This document shows positions 46,034 through 55,677 of a stretch of DNA of 64,000 bases, one piece after another. Position 1 is the first letter of the stretch; each line of letters starts with the position of its first letter. The notes under the pieces were generated by a model, which had not been told where the DNA came from, made no database searches, and worked only from the letters and a program-made list of their open reading frames with translations. Origin of the DNA: Fidelibacterota bacterium (GTDB lineage: Bacteria; Fidelibacterota; SORT01); NCBI GenBank assembly GCA_022571215.1, contig JACZYG010000002.1, positions 54,332-118,331 of the forward strand, in the 5' to 3' direction. Made by a program: the position numbers and the translations under genes.

Positions 46034-49000
46034 ATGTATCTATCAAAATTAGAAATATTCGGCTTCAAATCGTTCGCTACGAAGACTGTGGTGCCCCTCC
46101 GGCCGGGGATAACAAGCATTGTTGGTCCGAACGGGTGTGGAAAAACAAACATTGTGGACGCAATTCGTTGGGTCCTGGGTGAACAGCGCACATCTATGCT
46201 CAGAACGGAGAAAATGCAGGATATAATTTTCAACGGTTCAAAAAACAGGAAAAGGCTAAATTATGCGGAAGTTTCCTTGACCTTGCATAATAACAAGGGA
46301 ATTCTTCCGGTTGAGTATACTGACGTGGTAATTACACGAAGATTGTACCGTGACGGCGATTCCGAGTATCTTCTTAATAAGAATGTGGTACGCTTGAAAG
46401 ATATCAATGATCTTTTCATGGATACCGGAATGGGTCCGGATGCTTATTCTGTCATCGAGCTCAAAATGGTTGATGACCTTTTATCGGAAGATCCGGTGGA
46501 ACGCCGAAAACTGTTTGAAGAGGCGGCGGGCATTACGAAATACAAAAGTCAAAGAAAAGCTACTTTAAGAAAACTCGATGCAACCAAAATAGATCTCTTA
46601 AGAGTTTTTGATATTATTAGTGAAGTGGAAAAAAACGTTCGTTCGCTCAACTATCAGCTTGGAAAATTTAAGCGTTATCAGAAAGAAAAAGACCTGCTTG
46701 TAGAGGGCGAGGTACGATTGGCTCGTTTTCAATATCATAATATATTGAATCAGATTGTCCCGCTCTCAGAGAGACTGCAAAAAGAAAAACTCCAAAGAGA
46801 TGATGCGGCCAGCCAAATAAAAATGGATGAGGCGCTCCATGAACGGCTGGAAAAATCCCTTGATGCTCTTGACCAGGAAATTAAGGAGTGCGAAAACAAG
46901 ATAGAGGAACGCGCTCAACGTCTTATCTCAGCCAAAGAGAGGCAGGTGACTGCTCATCAAAGAAGTCAGTCGGAAGCTACAGCGATAGAGAAGGCGAAAC
47001 AGCGTATCGGTTCAGCGCAGGAACGGTTCAGCGCCCTTGACGCTCAGGAGAAGCTTTACGGGGAGGAGTTAGTTGAAGCCGAAGCGTCATTTAACAGCGT
47101 AAAAAATAATTATGATGGCGTGAAAACATCTCTTGACAAAGCTGAAGAGGAATTAAACGAAAAGCAGGACAGCTTGTCATCATTGGAACATGAGCGGGCG
47201 ACTTTTATAGAAAAGATTAGTCAGCTAAGCGCGGAAAAACAAAAAATGGTAGCGCATATTGAAGCGATAGAAAACAGCAGTGAGGCGAGGCTTAAGGAAA
47301 AGGACGAATTGGAAGTTGCCGTCAAGGAAAACAGTAAAACACTTCAAGAAGCAAATCGCAGAAAGAAGCAGCTTATTACCGACCGCACACTGAGCGATGA
47401 TAAGATATCCGGACTAACAGAGAAGATAGAGAAGAAGAAAATAAATAGTCAGCAGTTAGATAATGCGGAATCCAAGCAGATTGCCGAATTGAGTTTGGTT
47501 AAATCAAAAATTTCCATGTTAGAAACGCTTATAGAAGGAAGAGGCGGACAGTCAGACGGGGTTTTGAATCTGTTCGAAAACGGCGGAAAGATCAAAGGTA
47601 TGCTCGGCAGTGTTGCAGATCTCTTGGAAGTCGAGAAGAATTACCGCGCTCCCATCGAACAGGCGCTTGGGGCAATCAGTGATTATGTGGTTGTTGATAC
47701 GTTAGAAAATGCCAGAGCTGTTGCTGAATGGGTTGCCGAAGCAAAGAAAGGTTCAGTCACCTTTCTCGCGTTGGGTTCATTAAAATCTACAAATGGTTTG
47801 GGGAATGCCGGTTCAGAGTATGTACAGGCATCATCGGTTGTGAGCTCTGTCCATGAAGGGCTTGTCCCGGGACTATTCGGTGATCTTTTGATAACAGAGA
47901 AGATGAATGGCAGCATTGATTATCCCAAAGGGTATCGAATTGTGGATAAAGATGGGTTTATGTATGACGGCGCAGGACTGCTTAAATCAGGCGGGCATGA
48001 TTCAGACTTCTCGAGCAAGATAGGAAGAAATGAGATTAAAGCGGAATTGAAAGAGAAATTGTCTGAAATTGAAGAAGAATTGAGTGAAGTTCAAAAAGAG
48101 AAAGAATCGAACAAAATCTCTCTTGAAACTGACAAAAATTCTCTGAACGAACTGTTACTTAAAGAAAGAGAGATTCTAACGGAAGATGCCCGATTAGCGG
48201 GCAATGTCGCAGGACTTGATGCGGAACTCAGGAGAATGAACGAGAGACTCAGCAGGATGAATGCGGAAGGCAGTGATGATGAAAAAGTACAGAAACTTGA
48301 AGCAGATGCCAATGAGTTTCAAGTGAAGATTGACTCTATCGAACAAAGTCAATCAGGATTTATGCAGAAGTATGAAAAACTTTCAGAGAAGATGAAATTT
48401 GCTTCGAAAAAGAAAGATGAAGCGTCAGCTGCGCATCAAGAAGCCACAATATCACTAATGGCTGACGAGAGAAATCTTGAAGCACTCCGTTTCAGAATTT
48501 CAGGAATAACCGAAACTCGCTCCGAGACTGAAGATAGAATTAAATCCTCCTTTGAAGAAATTGAACGCTCTAAGAATATGATAGAATCGTTAAAATCGGA
48601 GCTGACAGAATCTATAGATGAGATTACCGGATTAGAGGAAGAAAGAAAAACACTGTTTGAAGAGCGGGATACGCATTTAGATAAAAAAGAGAAGATGCGA
48701 TTGGAGAGAAACGAACTTGACCGTGAACTTAGAGAAAGAAGAAGGCAAAAAGACAGGGTAGCGGAATCTTCCAATGAGATGGAACTCCGTCTAACAGAAT
48801 TTAAAATGGAGTCGGAAAGGATTCTCAATTATATTTCAAATACTTATGGCACGGATATTTCGGAAGCGCCCGACGGTGAGCCTATCGATGAAGCGGAAGA
48901 AGCGGGAAGATTAGAACGGCTCAGAAAAAAGATAGAGGGTATGGGTCCCGTCAATATGGCGGTGGAGGATGAATATAACAGTGAATCGGAACGGTTAGAA

Positions 49001-49534
49001 TTTTTGGTCAAACAAAGAGATGACCTTACCTCCGCGGAAAAAATCCTTTTGTCCACCATGAAACAAATTGACGATACTGCAAGGATACAGTTTTTGGAGG
49101 CTTTTGAGAAGATAAGAGATAATTTTCACAGAACCTTCTCCATGTATTTTGAAGGGGGGGAAGCCGATCTGAGTCTCCAAGAGAACGAAGACCCGTTGGA
49201 GGCGAAGATAGAGATCTATGCAAGACCGCCCGGTAAACGAAATCAGGCGTTGAAACAATTATCGGGTGGCGAGAAAGCGTTGACTGCGATCGCACTCCTG
49301 TTTGCGATTTATTTGGTAAAGCCCAGTCCGTTTTGTATATTGGATGAGGTAGATGCGCCATTGGATGATGCGAACATCAAGCGTTTCAGCACGGTATTGA
49401 GTAAATTTGCGGAAGATACTCAATTTATTGTAGTTACACATAACAAGGATACAATGAAATCTGCCGGAACACTATATGGAGTCACGATGGAGGAGGTTGG
49501 AGTATCAAAAATAGTTTCAGTGAACTTGAACTAA
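46034..49534 (+). CDS. smc: Chromosome segregation protein SMC
   Basis: 1166 aa; N-terminal Walker A GPNGCGKTN, long coiled coils, hinge, C-terminal LSGGEKALTAIALLFA signature and Walker B ILDEVDAPLDD. Confidence 0.95.
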   Translation: MYLSKLEIFGFKSFATKTVVPLRPGITSIVGPNGCGKTNIVDAIRWVLGEQRTSMLRTEKMQDIIFNGSKNRKRLNYAEVSLTLHNNKGILPVEYTDVVITRRLYRDGDSEYLLNKNVVRLKDINDLFMDTGMGPDAYSVIELKMVDDLLSEDPVERRKLFEEAAGITKYKSQRKATLRKLDATKIDLLRVFDIISEVEKNVRSLNYQLGKFKRYQKEKDLLVEGEVRLARFQYHNILNQIVPLSERLQKEKLQRDDAASQIKMDEALHERLEKSLDALDQEIKECENKIEERAQRLISAKERQVTAHQRSQSEATAIEKAKQRIGSAQERFSALDAQEKLYGEELVEAEASFNSVKNNYDGVKTSLDKAEEELNEKQDSLSSLEHERATFIEKISQLSAEKQKMVAHIEAIENSSEARLKEKDELEVAVKENSKTLQEANRRKKQLITDRTLSDDKISGLTEKIEKKKINSQQLDNAESKQIAELSLVKSKISMLETLIEGRGGQSDGVLNLFENGGKIKGMLGSVADLLEVEKNYRAPIEQALGAISDYVVVDTLENARAVAEWVAEAKKGSVTFLALGSLKSTNGLGNAGSEYVQASSVVSSVHEGLVPGLFGDLLITEKMNGSIDYPKGYRIVDKDGFMYDGAGLLKSGGHDSDFSSKIGRNEIKAELKEKLSEIEEELSEVQKEKESNKISLETDKNSLNELLLKEREILTEDARLAGNVAGLDAELRRMNERLSRMNAEGSDDEKVQKLEADANEFQVKIDSIEQSQSGFMQKYEKLSEKMKFASKKKDEASAAHQEATISLMADERNLEALRFRISGITETRSETEDRIKSSFEEIERSKNMIESLKSELTESIDEITGLEEERKTLFEERDTHLDKKEKMRLERNELDRELRERRRQKDRVAESSNEMELRLTEFKMESERILNYISNTYGTDISEAPDGEPIDEAEEAGRLERLRKKIEGMGPVNMAVEDEYNSESERLEFLVKQRDDLTSAEKILLSTMKQIDDTARIQFLEAFEKIRDNFHRTFSMYFEGGEADLSLQENEDPLEAKIEIYARPPGKRNQALKQLSGGEKALTAIALLFAIYLVKPSPFCILDEVDAPLDDANIKRFSTVLSKFAEDTQFIVVTHNKDTMKSAGTLYGVTMEEVGVSKIVSVNLN

Positions 49535-49558
49535 AAATCGGGAAGCAAATATTTCACA

Positions 49559-50971
49559 TTGTATAAATTTCTATTAGTTATCCCGTTTTTGATACTGAAT
49601 CAATCATTTGAGCTTCACGCTCAAACTCAAACGCCAAAGAATTTTATTGCATTTGATATGGATTACGCAACGTTCCGTGCTTCAAAAGGAATGGTTCATC
49701 TTGAAATATATCTTCTTGTGTCCAGAACCGAATTCAAATTTATACCGGATAGTGGGAAATATCACTCAGAACATAACATTGAAGTCCGTGTCTTAAGGAA
49801 TGATTCTCTCGTAGCACATGATAACTGGAATAGGATCGACCGCACTGAAGATCCTAATTCAATCCGTTCTACACAATTGCTGCCGGATTTTTCTGATTTT
49901 GTTCTATCTCCGGGCAGTTATAACTTGCTCGTAACTATGACCGACAAAAATGCGGGTATTTCAGGTAAAAGGCAGGTTGATTTAGTATTAACGGAATATG
50001 AGGAAGGCGAACTTATCATAAGCGATCTCGAATTCGCAACCGAAATAAAAGAAGCTGAGAAAAAGGGAATATTCACTAAATACGGAAGGGATATTATTCC
50101 CAATGCATCCTCGACTTACGGAATTGAAATGCCTGTACTTTATATCTATTGCGAAATATATAATTTTAAGTCGGTAGATGGAGAAGAGCCGTCGAATTAT
50201 CAGGTTGAGTACAGCGTTACTGATCTTAATGGCAAAGAAATGATTAAACCTGAACCGAGAGTACATAAAAAACCAGGCAGTTCAACTATAGAAATGGGCG
50301 GGCTAAACGTTGTCTCTCTCAAGAGCAAAGGGTATTACTTCCGTATTAAAGTTACAGATCTTGCTACCGGAGCCGTTGCGACCCGTAGTAAGAAATATTT
50401 TGTTTATCGACCGGGTGATACACAGGAACTCACAGATGCTGAACAAATTTCAGGCTTCGGCGCGGACGGATATATCGAAAGTGTCTATACTGAGATGAGC
50501 TTAAAGGAGCTGGATGATGAGTGGGCAATGATGAAAATTCTTGCGTACAAAAACGAGAAGAAGCTTTATAAAGGTTCGGATGAAGAAGGTCGCAGACAAG
50601 TAATGCAAAAGTATTGGCAGGAAAGAAGGGGTCAGATAACCAGAGACGAATTCATGTTGAGGGCGACCATCGCAAAACAACAATGGTCAGGTTTACGACC
50701 CGGTTGGAGAACGGACAGGGGACGTGTGATGATCACTTACGGCAAGCCTGACGAGATAGAAAGAGAAGGTCATAGCATAAATTCGAGACCATTTGAAGTA
50801 TGGAGGTATTTTGGAATAGATGGCGGAATCGAATTCGTGTTTGTAGATAAACAAGGGTTTAGCAATTTTGAGCTCGTCCATTCCACATCCAGAAACGAGT
50901 TGCAAGATTATAATTGGATCCGTTGGATTCAAGTCTCATCCACAGGGCAGGGCGCGGCTATAGGTCGTTAA
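49559..50971 (+). CDS. Secreted GWxTD domain protein
   Basis: 470 aa with signal peptide; C-terminal GWRTDRGRVMITYGKPDEI...FEVWRY matches the GWxTD motif family. Confidence 0.6.
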   Translation: MYKFLLVIPFLILNQSFELHAQTQTPKNFIAFDMDYATFRASKGMVHLEIYLLVSRTEFKFIPDSGKYHSEHNIEVRVLRNDSLVAHDNWNRIDRTEDPNSIRSTQLLPDFSDFVLSPGSYNLLVTMTDKNAGISGKRQVDLVLTEYEEGELIISDLEFATEIKEAEKKGIFTKYGRDIIPNASSTYGIEMPVLYIYCEIYNFKSVDGEEPSNYQVEYSVTDLNGKEMIKPEPRVHKKPGSSTIEMGGLNVVSLKSKGYYFRIKVTDLATGAVATRSKKYFVYRPGDTQELTDAEQISGFGADGYIESVYTEMSLKELDDEWAMMKILAYKNEKKLYKGSDEEGRRQVMQKYWQERRGQITRDEFMLRATIAKQQWSGLRPGWRTDRGRVMITYGKPDEIEREGHSINSRPFEVWRYFGIDGGIEFVFVDKQGFSNFELVHSTSRNELQDYNWIRWIQVSSTGQGAAIGR

Positions 50972-51008
50972 AACGCTACTTTAAAAATCTATTTGAAAAA
51001 GTGAACGG

Positions 51009-51929
51009 TTGATGCAGGATCAATTTGAAGGCGGGATAAGATTCGGTGTTGACCTTGGGGGTTCCAAGTACAGAATAGGTTTGGTAAACTCCAACGCAGA
51101 GTTGGTGGGTGAGTCCATTCGAGTTTCAGTTGATGATATCAGCGACGCTGATGTCTTAGTAAGATCGATCTCCGACTCTGCCGTAAAACTCCTAAACACG
51201 AACAATATCTCTAAAGAAGATGTTAAAAGAATGGGAATCGGTTCGCCGGGTCCTCTGAACATTTATACGGGGACGATTCTCGAAACACTTAATTTACATT
51301 ATCTCAGGGGATATCCCCTTGCTGATAAGGTCAGTGAGTCGCTTTCTATCGAGGTGAGCCTCGGAAATGACGCGAATTGTTTTGTTCTCGGTCAGCAGAT
51401 TGCGGGCGCCGCAAAAGGATTTCAAAACGTCTTCGGGATTACATTGGGTACAGGGTTTGGATGCGGAATAATTATAGATGGAAATCTTTATGAAGGTTCC
51501 ACAGGCACAGCGGCGGAATATGGAATTTCGCCATATCTTGAGGGTGCGTTCGAAGACTATATAAGCGGCAGGGGATTAAAATCGATATTCAAGAACCTAT
51601 CGGGAGAGGAGAGTCATCCCTTTTTAATTGAAGACGCGGCGAGGGAAGGGGATAAAAATGCCATACAGACTTTTGTGGAGTTCGGAAAACATATCGGGAA
51701 CAGTCTTTCCTATATCGTGAATCTTTTAGACCCTTCGATTATAGTAATCGGGGGTTCCATAGCTAATGCCTATGATTTGTTCGAAGATTCACTTAAAGAA
51801 TCATTACTGTCTAAAATTCATGAACAGCCGATAAAGAATCTTATTATCAAACAAGCGGAAAACGGTGAAGAGAATGCTCTCATCGGCGCGGCGATGCTAA
51901 CCGACTCAAGAAAGACCAACGGTAAATAA
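51009..51929 (+). CDS. ROK family sugar kinase (glucokinase-like)
   Basis: 306 aa; N-terminal GVDLGGSKYRIGLV and ROK-type ATPase fold motifs (GIGSPGP, LGNDANC). Confidence 0.8.
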   Translation: MMQDQFEGGIRFGVDLGGSKYRIGLVNSNAELVGESIRVSVDDISDADVLVRSISDSAVKLLNTNNISKEDVKRMGIGSPGPLNIYTGTILETLNLHYLRGYPLADKVSESLSIEVSLGNDANCFVLGQQIAGAAKGFQNVFGITLGTGFGCGIIIDGNLYEGSTGTAAEYGISPYLEGAFEDYISGRGLKSIFKNLSGEESHPFLIEDAAREGDKNAIQTFVEFGKHIGNSLSYIVNLLDPSIIVIGGSIANAYDLFEDSLKESLLSKIHEQPIKNLIIKQAENGEENALIGAAMLTDSRKTNGK

Positions 51930-51946
51930 TAATAAAGGAAAAATAA

Positions 51947-53194
51947 ATGGATAACAACAATCCCTTTGAAATCGCGATGCGAAATTTTGACACAGCGGCG
52001 GATAGACTCGGAATAAACGAAAATATGCGGAACCGTATCAAACATCCGGTGAGAGCTTTGATAGTTTCAATTCCTGTGCGAATGGATGACGGAAGCGTCA
52101 GACGATTCGAGGGATACAGGGTTCAGCATAGCACCATGCGGGGACCTGCAAAGGGCGGCGTGAGATATCATCCACAGGTCAATCTCGACGAGGTAAAAGC
52201 ATTGGCAACATGGATGACATGGAAGTGCGCTATTTCCGGCATACCGTTCGGCGGTGGAAAAGGAGGGATATGCTGTAATCCTAAAGAGATGTCACCCGCG
52301 GAATTAGAACGGATGACCCGTAGATACATAATCGAGATTATGCCGATCATAGGGCCTGAAAAAGATATTCCCGCGCCGGATGTATACACAAACGCTCAGA
52401 CGATGGCTTGGATGATGGACACTTTCAGCATGAATAAGGGTTATGCGGTTCCCGGAATTGTAACAGGCAAACCGTTGGAGATAGGGGGGTCTCTTGGCAG
52501 GGAATTCGCAACTGCGCGGGGTACGGTATATACCGTTGAAAGTGGAGCAAAATATATAGGACTTGACCTGTCAAAGGCAACTTGCGCCGTCCAGGGATTC
52601 GGAAACGCGGGAAGTAATGCCGCGCGGTTGATTAGTGAGCTCGGGACGAAAGTTGTAGCCGTCTCAGATTCGCAAGGCGGAATTTTCAGTTCCAAAGGCT
52701 TAGACATTGATGCTGTTATTCAACACAAGAAGGAAACCGGTTCAGTGATCGGTTTCGCAGGAGCAGAGGATATCTCGAATGAAGAACTTCTCATAATAGA
52801 TTGTGATGTTCTAATTCCGGCGGCGTTGGAAAATGTCCTTACAGAAAAAAATGCCGCTGATGTGAAGGCAAAAATAATAGCCGAAGCCGCTAACGGTCCC
52901 ACAACGCCTGAAGCAGATAAAATATTAGAGGAGAAAAACGTGTTTATCATTCCTGATATCCTTGCTAACGCGGGTGGAGTGACCGTTTCTTACTTTGAAT
53001 GGGTGCAGAATGTCCAACATCTTTTCTGGAAGGAAGAGGAGATTAACGAACGGTTGAGAACTATCATGGACGTTGCTTTTAAGTCTGTGATTGAATACAA
53101 GGAGAAGTATAACGTTTACATGCGAATTGCTGCCAACATGCTCGGCATAAATCGGGTCGCTCAGGCGGCGAAGGTCAGGGGACTGTATCCTTAA
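51947..53194 (+). CDS. gdhA: Glutamate dehydrogenase (Glu/Leu/Phe/Val dehydrogenase family)
   Basis: 415 aa; GPAKGGVRYH active-site motif, GGGKGG and Rossmann GFGNAGSNAA. Confidence 0.9.
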   Translation: MDNNNPFEIAMRNFDTAADRLGINENMRNRIKHPVRALIVSIPVRMDDGSVRRFEGYRVQHSTMRGPAKGGVRYHPQVNLDEVKALATWMTWKCAISGIPFGGGKGGICCNPKEMSPAELERMTRRYIIEIMPIIGPEKDIPAPDVYTNAQTMAWMMDTFSMNKGYAVPGIVTGKPLEIGGSLGREFATARGTVYTVESGAKYIGLDLSKATCAVQGFGNAGSNAARLISELGTKVVAVSDSQGGIFSSKGLDIDAVIQHKKETGSVIGFAGAEDISNEELLIIDCDVLIPAALENVLTEKNAADVKAKIIAEAANGPTTPEADKILEEKNVFIIPDILANAGGVTVSYFEWVQNVQHLFWKEEEINERLRTIMDVAFKSVIEYKEKYNVYMRIAANMLGINRVAQAAKVRGLYP

Positions 53195-53216
53195 GGAATT
53201 TATTCCGAATAATTCG

Positions 53217-53885
53217 ATGCGTTGGAATCTCCTATTGAAAAAACTGTTAAAGGATCTGCTTGATTTTGTTTACCCCCCGTATTGTATACTTTGCGAGGCT
53301 GATCTTGAGCCGGAAAATAAACTCGTCTGCGAAAAGTGCTGGGAGCGCTTAGAATCTTCTTCGACAATGGAAACTCAGATTTCCAAGCATAGGATTTTGG
53401 CGCTTTATCCATTTTCAAACGATGTGAGAACGATTATTCATAATTTGAAGTATCTCAATAAGAGACATCTCGCCGTCAATCTTGGGAGCGCAATCGGAAA
53501 AATTATCGTAGAGGATAAGAATATTAGAAAATGTGACTTTCTGATTCCAATACCGCTTCACAAGGTGAAGCAACGCTCACGCGGTTTTAACCAGAGTGAA
53601 CTTATCGTGGACGCAATCGCTGAAGTTGCCTCAATCGAAAAGGATTACAGAATCCTGATAAGGCACCGGTACACGAAAAATCAGGCTGCATTGCCGATGA
53701 GAGAGCGAGCGGCGAACGTCAAAGGAGCTTTCAGTGTCCTGAATAAATCGAGAATTGAAGGTAAGAAAATTATTTTGGTGGATGACGTTATAACCACGGG
53801 CAGTACGATGCTGGAATGTATAAAAGTGCTTAAAGAAGCGGGAGCAAAAGAGGTTACGGCGGTGTCGGCAGCGCTCGCTGTTTGA
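53217..53885 (+). CDS. comF: ComF family protein (phosphoribosyltransferase domain)
   Basis: 222 aa; N-terminal Cys pairs (CILCEA...CEKCW) and PRTase motif ILVDDVITTGSTM. Confidence 0.8.
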   Translation: MRWNLLLKKLLKDLLDFVYPPYCILCEADLEPENKLVCEKCWERLESSSTMETQISKHRILALYPFSNDVRTIIHNLKYLNKRHLAVNLGSAIGKIIVEDKNIRKCDFLIPIPLHKVKQRSRGFNQSELIVDAIAEVASIEKDYRILIRHRYTKNQAALPMRERAANVKGAFSVLNKSRIEGKKIILVDDVITTGSTMLECIKVLKEAGAKEVTAVSAALAV

Positions 53886-53894
53886 TTATTATTT

Positions 53895-53962
53895 CCGGCT
53901 GCGAGGCTTTCCCTTAAGGGTAGAGAATCGTGTGCGAGTCAGGATTCATCCTGACCGCAAGA
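53895..53962 (+). repeat. Composite repeat: degenerate CGAGGCTTTCCCTTAAGGG module plus conserved TGTGCGAGTCAGGATT box with GTCAGGA-ttca-TCCTGAC hairpin
   Basis: The 16-nt box at 53931-53946 is identical to 32219-32234; the upstream part resembles CGAGGCTTCCCCTCCTT at 25169-25185. Confidence 0.5.
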
Positions 53963-54076
53963 GTATGTATTATTGGCATCGGGGCAAGTCCTGACTGCAC
54001 GGAATCCGCTCAATTGCAAGTTCGCTATGGCTTTAGTATATTCAAGCCTATTCCAATTTTAGAATAGAGGAGAGAT

Positions 54077-55246
54077 ATGAGTTTATATCAGGGGGTAGAT
54101 TTTTATAATATTGATGAACTTCTCACTGAAGAAGAGCGTCTTACACGGGATTCTGTCCGTGAGTTTGCGGAAGAAAAGATAATGCCGTTGATTGCGGCGC
54201 ACTATCGTGAGGGCACTTTTCCAACAGAGTTGATCAAACCGATGGCGGAGCTGGGTCTTTTAGGCGCGAATCTGCCCGAAAAGTACGGCTGCGCCGGTTC
54301 GAGCGATACGGTTTACGGTCTGATCTGTCAAGAGCTGGAAAGGATTGATTCCGGCATTCGCAGCTTTGTCAGCGTACAGGGTTCGCTTGTGATGTGGCCT
54401 ATTTACACCTACGGCAGCGAAGAGCAGAAACAAAAATGGCTGCCTAAGATGGCGAAGGGAGAAGTCATAGGTTGTTTCGGCCTGACAGAATCCGATCATG
54501 GTTCGGACCCGGCAGGCATGACGACGAAAGCGGTTCTTGAAGGAGATGAATGGGTCATATCCGGTTCAAAGATGTGGATAACAAATGGAACTCTCGCCGA
54601 TGTCGCATTGGTCTGGGCGGTTACAGATGAAGGTATCAGAGGATTTCTTGTCGAGAAAGGGACAAAGGGATTTTCGACGAACGAGATAAAAGGTAAACTG
54701 TCACTGCGGGCATCAGATACATCCGAACTCGTGTTCGACAGCTGTCGAATTCCAAAAGAGAGTGTTCTACCTGAATCAGATGGATTAAAATCTCCGCTAT
54801 CCTGTCTTAAACAAGCAAGGTACGGCATCGCATGGGGTGTTGTCGGAGCGGCAATGGCATGTTATGACGAGGCGCTCAGGTATGCCGGGGAGCGAATTCA
54901 GTTCGGTAAACCGATAGCCTCTTATCAATTAGTACAGCGGAAGTTGGTAAATATGCTCAGCGAGATCACGAAAGCTCAACTTCTTGTTTTCAGGCTCGGA
55001 AGGTTGAAGGACGCGGGAAAAGAGAGTGTCGAACAGGTCTCGCTTGCGAAGCGCAACAATGTGAAAATGGCGCTTGAAATCGCCCGGAACGCAAGGGATA
55101 TATTAGGCGCAGCGGGGATAACCGATGAACATCAAGCGATGAGACATATGGCAAATCTTGAATCGGTCTATACGTATGAAGGAACTCATGATATGCATAC
55201 ACTGATAATCGGTAAAAAGATAACGGGTTTGGGGGCGTTCACCTAA
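54077..55246 (+). CDS. Acyl-CoA dehydrogenase (glutaryl-CoA dehydrogenase-like)
   Basis: 389 aa; GCFGLTESDHGSDPAGM and the C-terminal YEGTHDMHTLIIGK motif typical of glutaryl-CoA dehydrogenases. Confidence 0.85.
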   Translation: MSLYQGVDFYNIDELLTEEERLTRDSVREFAEEKIMPLIAAHYREGTFPTELIKPMAELGLLGANLPEKYGCAGSSDTVYGLICQELERIDSGIRSFVSVQGSLVMWPIYTYGSEEQKQKWLPKMAKGEVIGCFGLTESDHGSDPAGMTTKAVLEGDEWVISGSKMWITNGTLADVALVWAVTDEGIRGFLVEKGTKGFSTNEIKGKLSLRASDTSELVFDSCRIPKESVLPESDGLKSPLSCLKQARYGIAWGVVGAAMACYDEALRYAGERIQFGKPIASYQLVQRKLVNMLSEITKAQLLVFRLGRLKDAGKESVEQVSLAKRNNVKMALEIARNARDILGAAGITDEHQAMRHMANLESVYTYEGTHDMHTLIIGKKITGLGAFT

Positions 55247-55251
55247 ACCAT

Positions 55252-55677
55252 ATGAAACAGATTGACCATATCGCCATTGCCGTAAATTCTCTCGAAGAGT
55301 CAATTAAGGTGTACACATCCCTTCTTGGAGTTGAACCTGAATTAGAAACTATTACCGCCGAAAAGGTAAACACGGCTGTCTACGATCTTGACGGTGTCTC
55401 CTTAGAATTGATCGAACCGATTGGGGATGACTCTCCCATCACCAAATTTCTTCAAAAAAAAGGGGAAGGACTTCATCACGTCTGTCTCAAGGTAGACAGC
55501 TTAGAAGAAACTATGACCGAACTGAAAGAGAAAGGTATCGACATTATTGATGAGACTCCGAAAATAGGCGCGGGAGGAACGAAAATAGTCTTCATCCATC
55601 CTAAAAGCACCGGCGGCGTGCTGTTTGAGCTGAACTCGGGTCTGAAAAAAAAGGATGCTGACGAAAATGCCGATTGA
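55252..55677 (+). CDS. Methylmalonyl-CoA epimerase (VOC / glyoxalase fold)
   Basis: 141 aa; IDHIAIAV...LELIEP...GEGLHHVCLKVD...GVLFEL. Confidence 0.8.
   Translation: MKQIDHIAIAVNSLEESIKVYTSLLGVEPELETITAEKVNTAVYDLDGVSLELIEPIGDDSPITKFLQKKGEGLHHVCLKVDSLEETMTELKEKGIDIIDETPKIGAGGTKIVFIHPKSTGGVLFELNSGLKKKDADENAD

Noticed and set aside
47683-49441. Serine-rich minus-strand ORFs inside smc
   Set aside because: They are antisense to the Glu/Lys-rich coiled-coil codons of SMC, a classic low-complexity antisense artefact.
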